The position numbers were made by a program, and so were the translations under genes. 64,000 nucleotides of DNA from Octopus sinensis. Taxonomy: Eukaryota. Under the pieces are notes generated by a model that had not been told where the DNA came from, did no database searches, and saw only the letters and a program-made list of their open reading frames with translations. The stretch covers positions 170,066,001-170,130,000 of the forward strand of contig NC_042999.1 of the NCBI RefSeq assembly GCF_006345805.1. Direction: 5' to 3'. Positions 12,771-64,000 of this stretch are shown here, in pieces (within the stretch, counting starts at the first letter, position 1; the number at the start of each line of letters is the position of its first letter).

Positions 12771-13173
12771 TTATGTACATTTGATGGATATTTGTCCTAA
12801 TCTTGTTTGTTGTGAACACATTTCGGCTGATATACCCTCCAGCCTTCATCAGGTGTCTTGAGGAAATTTCAAACCTGGGTTCTCATTCCTAAGGAATTTT
12901 TTCATATTATTATTATTCAGGTCACTGCCTGGAACCGAACTCGGAATCTTGGGGTTAGTAGCCTGTGCTTTTAATCCCAAGATTCCAAGTTCAATTCCAA
13001 GCAGTGACCTGAATGATAATAATAATCCTAATAACATTGAAAAATGCCTTAGGAATGAGAACCCAGGTTCGAAATTTCCCCAAGATACCTGATGAAGGCT
13101 GGAGGGTATATCAGCCGAAACATTGTGTCAACAATAAACAAGATGAGGACAAATATCCGTCAAATGTAAATAA
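12771..13173. repeat. Head-to-head inverted pair of a ~190-bp short element
   Basis: 12771-12954 is the imperfect reverse complement of 12975-13173, with a spacer of about 20 nt. Confidence 0.9.
13084..13129 (+). ncRNA. Minimal type I hammerhead ribozyme motif (Penelope-type), one core substitution
   Basis: GAUAC-CUGAUGA-A-GGCUG(loop GAGGGUAUAU)CAGCC-GAA-ACAU-U/GUGUC: stem I GAUAC:GUGUC, stem II 5 bp, minimal stem III ACAU (palindromic ACGU expected). Confidence 0.7.
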
Positions 13174-14199
13174 TGAACTTAGACATATTCAGATTTCTTT
13201 TGCCTTTTATCTTGCCAGGGTTGATACAATAAAGCACAAATAATTTGCGGGGAAGATTTGTGGGTAGGGGTAAACTCTATTGACTGTACTTGTTTCCGAC
13301 AAACTTGTCCTTGTTTTGACATTAGAATCCTTTACAGGAGAAGAAACAAAGAGTCACATTACGTAGGATCTTTCTAGCAAGGATTAAAAAATGTGATGAT
13401 AGATGTGGGGTGGTGATTAAGCAATATGATAATTAATCTGGCTTCACTAATGAGTCGAAAGCTATAATTTAAAACAGAATCCCAGGAGATCTGTATCAGT
13501 AAAGACTTGATTATTTAGAAAAAATGGAATTTCCAATATTTTTATATCTTCAGAGCTGAAATGACAGCACTTTTTACAGCCTTTGTTTGAGTGACCTCCA
13601 AAAGTCTCCTTAAGTTCTATTTAATCTTATATATCTACCCAATTCTTTGAATTATCTCCTTTACTATGTTCAATCTCATATGTCTTGAGTGGGAATTGTA
13701 CCACATTATGCAAATGAATCTTTTACCTTAATTCTTCTCTGCTGTTTGCTACCATATCATTGATATTTCATTTTCATTAAAGCCTCACTTCTGCAGCCAT
13801 TTACATTTTTTTGGACACCGTTTCCACCTCAACATTATTCCATGTGACTTTCAATTAATTTCCATCCATCTATGAAGCCACATCACTCTTCATAATATTC
13901 TCCAAACATTTATTTATACCCTTACTTCTTCAAAACAGCTGATGTGAGCTGCCATCTGCTTCTTGTGCACCATATACAGCCACCTGACATAAAAGCTAAC
14001 CCACTACTGTTCTTTTCTCTCTCTGCCATCTGCTTTCCCATGAAACTTATTATAGTGAACGTTACATATTGGTACTCACTCTGCAAATTTTGCATATTCT
14101 TCAACCAGCATCACACTTCTTTCATATGCTCATAATATATGTAGTGTTCATCGTAAGAACTCCCTCTCTCTCTCTTGGATACCAAACAAGTTCTCCTTA

Positions 14200-15800
14200 A
14201 GTAATGATCTAAACTTCCTCCCACTCCAAGTAAATGTTTGATGTATATGCCAATACCATTTCTTCCATTAGATCCAACTTAAGTCCCTCTTCTATATCAG
14301 AATCTCTGACAGGGGAAGATTTCACCAATCTCCAAAAGCACAACTCCAACTGGACACCTAGCCTGGGCCTATACTACATGCTCAATTTATTTGTAAATAC
14401 ATGCAGTTACAATTTGGATATCAACAAGTGACAATGATCAAACCATGCCTCATTGAAACTTTTCACCCTTCAGAACACTAGAAAGATATCACCATTAAAC
14501 TCTCAGGTAAGAGTGGTATTGTCATGATTTAGATAGCTAACCTCTACAGAGAAGCACTCTGTTAACTTAATAAACTGTCATTCTACAGTAAGTTGGCAAC
14601 TGATTTCACCAGTTCCTACCAGAAACAAGTTGGCACTGCTGTGGCTGAATGCATTTCTTCCAGCTTACTTCTGCACTCTGCCATTAACTTCACTGTAACT
14701 ACACTTTTAAACTTCTATCATCTACTCTGTTCTAAATTTCACAAACCAGACAATCCTGGCCATCCTATTGTCTCTGTCTATAACTGCCCAGCTAAAAATC
14801 TCTCCACCTAAACAAAATGCTATCACCTGTTGTCGTGTCACATATTAAAGCCACCAACCACGCCCTAAATTCCTTCAATGCATTCTCTCTACCTCCTCTG
14901 GAGAGTCAAAACACCTTTTCACTTCACACATTAAATCTGTGCATAATCATCTCCCACAATGATGGCCTATCAATCCTTAAACACTCCCTAGACTGCTGCT
15001 ACTGGTATCCCTTCACTTAACTAAATTTGGTCCTTAATTGCTTTGGGGTTGCTATGGAACTAAGATGGGGCCTGATTATGCAAACCTTTTTTGTAGAGCA
15101 TAACGAGGAGCAACTCTTTGCTCAATTCATGGGATCTACCCCAGAGCTGAACAGATGTTATATTAATGACTGTGTTGGTGCTATCACCTTCACCTGGAAT
15201 TTACTTCAACCAGATTCCACTCTCCCTTACCTTTCACTGAAACACATACTCATCTGTAATTTCCAAATCCTACTCTTTCACTCAACAACTGTTCAGATGT
15301 TTTTCTATATCACCTTTCCTTACCTTCAAGAAAGAAAGAAATGTCAGCAGCTACTTAAAAGCTCTTCAATACCCAGCCATACATAACCAGGCACTTTCAA
15401 ATGTGCTTGCTGATGATGCAATACTTGTTCCTACATCAATAACACTACAACCATTACTGGGTCTAAGTCATAGTACCATATCATCCAAAATTTCTGCTGC
15501 ACATCTCTCAATATCAGTAAAATTTGCAGTGAACTCCACATGTGTAAAACAAGCTGGCACCTTGCCAATCACTTTCTCAAGCACAAAGACTATGATGTAT
15601 ACCATGTCAACTAGTTACCACCCACTTCAAAGCAATGGACCATTTCATTACCTATTTATTAAAGTGTGGCATTGCTGCACACCACAAATCTGGACCCTCA
15701 AGCAAACAGTGAGGACATTTTAGATTCAATCTCAGAATCACAGCACCAACAGGTTCCAGTGAAAATGTTTCCTTCTGCTCTTGTCATCTCAACTTAGGAC
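14200..15800 (+). pseudogene. Degenerate Penelope-like element, RT domain
   Basis: SKFHKPDNPGHPIVS (PKIHKPxNPGRPIVS-like), HIKATNHAL, IISHNDGL, GVAMG..MGPDYANLFV, CYINDC (YIDD-like); many frameshifts; boundaries approximate. Confidence 0.8.
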
Positions 15801-16234
15801 TATCCAAAACATCAAAAACTCCCGATTATTACTCTACCCTATCTGTTGCTTTTCCCCCGTTATAATTCAACAAGTTAATCACCTGAAATTTGTTGGAATA
15901 ATCATAAAATTAAAAAAAAAAGGAAAATTTATGTTAATTAATACTTGAAAATAATATTTCCTTTGCTGAAAGTTTTCTGTCAAAGTAAAAGTTATAAAAA
16001 ATAATTTACTTTCTTTTAATAGTAAATTACCATCAAACTGAATTAAAATGCATGAAGAGGGAAGAAAGACACAAGAAGCAGAAGAAGATCATCACAGCAC
16101 TGAGTGTTCAAAACGATGTTCATATTATCAAAAGTACTTTTTCTTTTTTTCTTTCTTTATTATTTTTTTTATAGAAATATACCAATTGTTTTGGTTATTT
16201 TATTTGAAAATTGTATTTGGAAACGTCCCTTTTG

Positions 16235-16238
<4 letters not shown>

Positions 16239-16296
<58 letters not shown>

Positions 16297-16392
16297 TCTG
16301 TTTTTAATAGTTTATTTCTGACAAAGAATATTCAACAGAATTCTTATAGCATTAAAGATAAGATGATTGTTCTGGATGTATCCATCCACTAC

Positions 16393-16425
<33 letters not shown>

Positions 16426-16440
16426 TATTATTATTATAGT
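16239..16440. repeat. (TA)n and (CAT)n(TAT)n microsatellites
   Basis: Seen directly; other long (TA)n tracts at about 435, 2698, 8189, 9740, 22801, 39215, 56673. Confidence 0.95.
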
Positions 16441-16896
16441 ACATTTTCCTGTCCAGTATATTACATATATAAGTTGTTGGATGTTATTGAGACCATGTAT
16501 CAACACGGTGATATATTCCTTCTCAACAGAGTTTTGGTCCTTGAGGTGAATCTAATATTTATGTTGAGATAATTCAGATACAAAGTTGATGTTGCCCATT
16601 CAGCTTCTCTCTTTTTTTTTTAATTTAAAAACAATCTTTTTTTCCTTTTTTATTTATCAGGAGTAGCCCAGGTCAATGCCATTCACTTCTCTTGGTTGTT
16701 TTTTTCCCCCACTCACTCATGCAATCTAGGTAACAAAACTAGCAAAACCTTCTCCATCTGACAACCTTCATAAATACAGACAACAAACCAAGAGAGCCTC
16801 TGGCAGAACCACCTAGATCTTCTTGAAGTTAGAAAATATTGGCAGCAACCATTTAAGAAAACAAAAGCTGAAGAAAAAGTTAACAACAACAACATG

Positions 16897-16950
<54 letters not shown>

Positions 16951-17177
16951 GTTTCAAATTTTGGCACAAGGCCAGGAATTTTGGGGGAGGGTGCTAGTTG
17001 ATTACATTGACCCCAGTGTTCAACTGGTACTTAATTTATCGACCCTTGAAAGGATGAAAGGCAAAGTCGACCTCAGCGGAATTTGAACCCAGAACATGCA
17101 GACAGACAAAATGCTGCTAAGCATTTTGCCCAGCGTGCTAACAATTCTGCCAGCTCACCACCTTAATAATAATAATG

Positions 17178-17242
<65 letters not shown>

Positions 17243-17353
17243 CACAACATGTTGTGATGTTATACATTTATTCTTTCATAGCTAATTGCAGCTCCATCCT
17301 GTTTCATGTCCTCAATCAAATCATTCAACACTCAAAGTATCCCTTTCAGCATG

Positions 17354-17416
<63 letters not shown>
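16897..17416. repeat. Three (AAT)n microsatellites
   Basis: Tracts at about 16897-16948, 17164-17242 and 17357-17416. Confidence 0.95.
16950..17165 (+). mobile_element. SINE-like family C, representative copy; others at about 9515-9740, 24955-25155, 35400-35605, 53155-53355, 57175-57385, 57480-57655
   Basis: Recurrent GACCCCAGT...AACTGGTACTT...AAAGGATGAAAGGCAAAGTCGACCTCGGCGGAATTTGAACTCAGAA. Confidence 0.85.
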
Positions 17417-18205
17417 CACACCATGTTGTGATGTTATACATTTATTCTTTCATAGCTAATTGCAGCTCCATCCTGTTTTCATGTCCTCAATCAAATCATT
17501 CAACACTCAAAGTATCCCTTTCAGCATGACACCTGCCTCTTCTCTGAAAATCTGAGTTACAAAGCAAGAATGGAGAGAACTAGAGGCAAAAAACGAGAGA
17601 AAGATTTCACTTTTTGCAAGCTCCTATGTTCCTTGTTTCCACCCTCCTCCCTACCATTCTAGTCAGTAATTTACAAACTCTTGCATACATAATATATACA
17701 TATATATACACACACTTGCATCCATCCAAACACCTATACATATGCACACATGTAAATTTCATTTTGGTACTTAGAAAAAAAAAATTGCAACTTATTAAAA
17801 ATTAAGTTAAAATATTACGATATCTAAAAATAGTAATAAAACAATTATAAATGAAAAAAAAATAGGAGGGGGAAGACAATAAAATAGAAGACCAAAAATA
17901 TATACATACATACTAATACATAGTTGTGCATATACATATATATACACATACACACGCATATATATATATATATATCTATATCTATATATATATATATATA
18001 TGGCCACACGCATAAATATGCATACATGTATGTATGTCTGTTCACACACGTATATTAACTTATGTATATAGCAAGAAAATGAAAAGAAATGTTCAAACAA
18101 AAAGAAAAAAATTGCTTCTTTTTGTTGTTTTTTTATAGATGATGTAAATGTTTTTTGTTTTGTTTTGTGTATGTGTTTTTTTTTTTTTGAGAGCATGATA
18201 GAATG

Positions 18206-64000
<45,795 letters not shown>

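Noticed and set aside
16690-16790. Mariner TIR-like start (TATGAAGGTTGTC on the minus strand)
   Set aside because: No partner TIR or transposase sequence was found.
16048-18196. Poly-I/Y/H/M ORFs
   Set aside because: These are microsatellite translations.

Overview
AT-rich, repeat-dense eukaryotic DNA, probably from an octopus or other coleoid cephalopod (inferred from the repeat landscape and the mollusc-type receptor; not database-checked). The main feature is the 3' part of an insulin/IGF-like receptor tyrosine kinase gene on the minus strand. I reconstructed 14 coding exons by hand (64000 to 18206), all GT-AG and phase-consistent. They encode alpha-CT (FENFLHNNVFVKR), the RHRR furin site, FnIII-2/3, the TM helix, NPEY, a complete kinase domain and a long C-tail; the 5' exons lie beyond the window. 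A 4.75-kb, 39-bp minisatellite fills much of one kinase intron and explains all the long ORFs at 25.4-30.4 kb. The rest is TE debris: a full-length DD34D mariner with TIRs, other mariner/maT relics, CR1-, RTE- and Penelope-like fragments, MITEs, three abundant SINE-like families and microsatellites. Most notable: (1) a Penelope-type minimal hammerhead ribozyme motif inside a 400-bp head-to-head palindrome with a tRNA-like centre; (2) a beta3-alphaC loop in the kinase 4 residues shorter than in human INSR; (3) a polarised G-rich minisatellite; (4) several templated inverted insertions and hairpins.
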